Positions 38,132 to 38,814 of a DNA stretch of 38,814 nt are shown here, piece after piece. The DNA comes from an uncultured Phycisphaeraceae bacterium (lineage in GTDB: Bacteria; Planctomycetota; Phycisphaerae; Phycisphaerales; UBA1924). Where the stretch lies: NCBI GenBank assembly GCA_964652945.1, contig CAZZDW010000024.1:1-38814 (forward strand). The letters run 5' to 3'. Each line of letters starts with the position of its first letter. Position 1 is the first letter of the stretch. The position numbers and the translations under genes are program-made. The notes beneath the pieces were generated by a model. The model was not told the origin of the DNA, did not search any database, and saw nothing but the letters and a program-made list of their open reading frames with translations.

Positions 38132-38661
38132 AACGCGTCCCCCAGCCGACCACCGCCGCGTGGCGAGCCGGCGTTATCGAGCCGGACAACCCGCCCCGCC
38201 AGCGCGTCGACGTCCAGCCGATCGATCGTTCCGTCGGCGTTCACGTCGCAAACGGCCGCCGGTGGATACGAGCGATCGACGGCCTTGGCCAAGGCGTAGA
38301 CGTCGAGGATGTCGACCACCCCGTCGGCGTTCAGATCGGCCGGATCCCGCGCGAGCCGCTGTCCTGGAGGCGTGCTCCCGCCGGGCCAGGCGACGACCAC
38401 GACCAGCGCGAGCCCCGCGATCGCGGCCACGGCGCCGGCCCGCCTCCCCCACGCGTGGGTCATCCGGCGCCGACGGCGTGCCGCAAACTCGTCCCGCACC
38501 GCCGAAAGGACCGCCTCGTCGAGCTGTGACCGCTCGTGCGCGCCCAGCTGCGGCCCCGAGAGCTCGCTCAGGGCCCGAGCCAACCCGTCCGGCACGGACG
38601 CCCGGCTCTCGCTACCGGGTGCCCCCGGCGTGTTCGTGTTGTCATGGCCATCGCTCTGCAT
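38128..38661 (-). CDS. Anti-sigma-factor-like bitopic protein with C-terminal dockerin-type repeats
   Basis: About 90-aa cytoplasmic N-domain, then a TM (AVAAIAGLALVVVVAW), then two D-x-N-x-D-G-x-x-D repeats (DLNADGVVDILDVYALAKAV and DVNADGTIDRLDVDALAGRV), which are classic dockerin type-I / EF-hand-like Ca sites. The gene order suggests an ECF sigma factor upstream beyond the window. Confidence 0.55.
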   Translation of the reverse strand: MQSDGHDNTNTPGAPGSESRASVPDGLARALSELSGPQLGAHERSQLDEAVLSAVRDEFAARRRRRMTHAWGRRAGAVAAIAGLALVVVVAWPGGSTPPGQRLARDPADLNADGVVDILDVYALAKAVDRSYPPAAVCDVNADGTIDRLDVDALAGRVVRLDNAGSPRGGGRLGDAL

Positions 38662-38814
38662 GAATCGTCTCGCTCCGTGAAGTGCGCCAATCCGGCCGGC
38701 GGTTCAACGCCGGTTCATAATTTTGGAGATTTTGTATCACACCGGGGGTGAGCGGTACATGAAGCGCAGGTCAGGGTGTTGGCGGCGGGGGATCGTTGCG
38801 TTTCCAGCGATCTG

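Overview
The window is a high-GC (~65%) bacterial chromosomal segment with strong planctomycete character: a DUF1559/H-X9-DG prepilin-like gene, dockerin-like modules and a very large RHS protein. It is mosaic.

At the left end, two diverged copies of an IS481/IS3-superfamily DDE element (~1.7 kb each) lie in inverted orientation (about 215-1905 and 7462-9185). They bracket a 5.5 kb cargo holding a DUF1559 pseudopilin-like gene, an 852-aa secreted protein with multiple repeat domains that ends in a tandem-duplicated dockerin-like module, and a 413-aa hypothetical gene. The left copy sits inside an IS66-family tnpC remnant and is bounded by a 52-bp direct repeat. The right copy has overwritten the 3' end of a low-GC (~42%) gene for a zinc-ribbon polytopic membrane protein.

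That membrane-protein gene lies 8 nt downstream of a ~2270-aa signal-peptide-bearing RHS/YD-repeat protein. The last ~190 aa of the RHS protein (Pro-rich linker plus Cys-rich domain, lower GC) follow the canonical DPxGL motif. This looks like a polymorphic-toxin/immunity cassette with an unrecognised toxin tip.

Downstream are a translationally coupled type II secretion-like operon (secretin GspD, ATPase GspE, three small bitopic proteins and a TPR lipoprotein), and a divergent rtcR / sigma-54 promoter / rtcB-rtcA RNA-repair locus. A tRNA-rich stretch follows, containing a tRNA-His with a 14-nt G-rich variable region, a tRNA-Met(CAT)-like gene with acceptor mismatches abutting a tRNA 3' fragment, and a 93-nt class-II-like tRNA-like element. 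The rest of the window holds an SPFH protein, an ABC-F ATPase, and a three-gene operon (anti-sigma-like dockerin protein, small secreted protein, VIT-vWA lipoprotein).

The ORF track writes GTG and TTG starts as M, so several starts are approximate.
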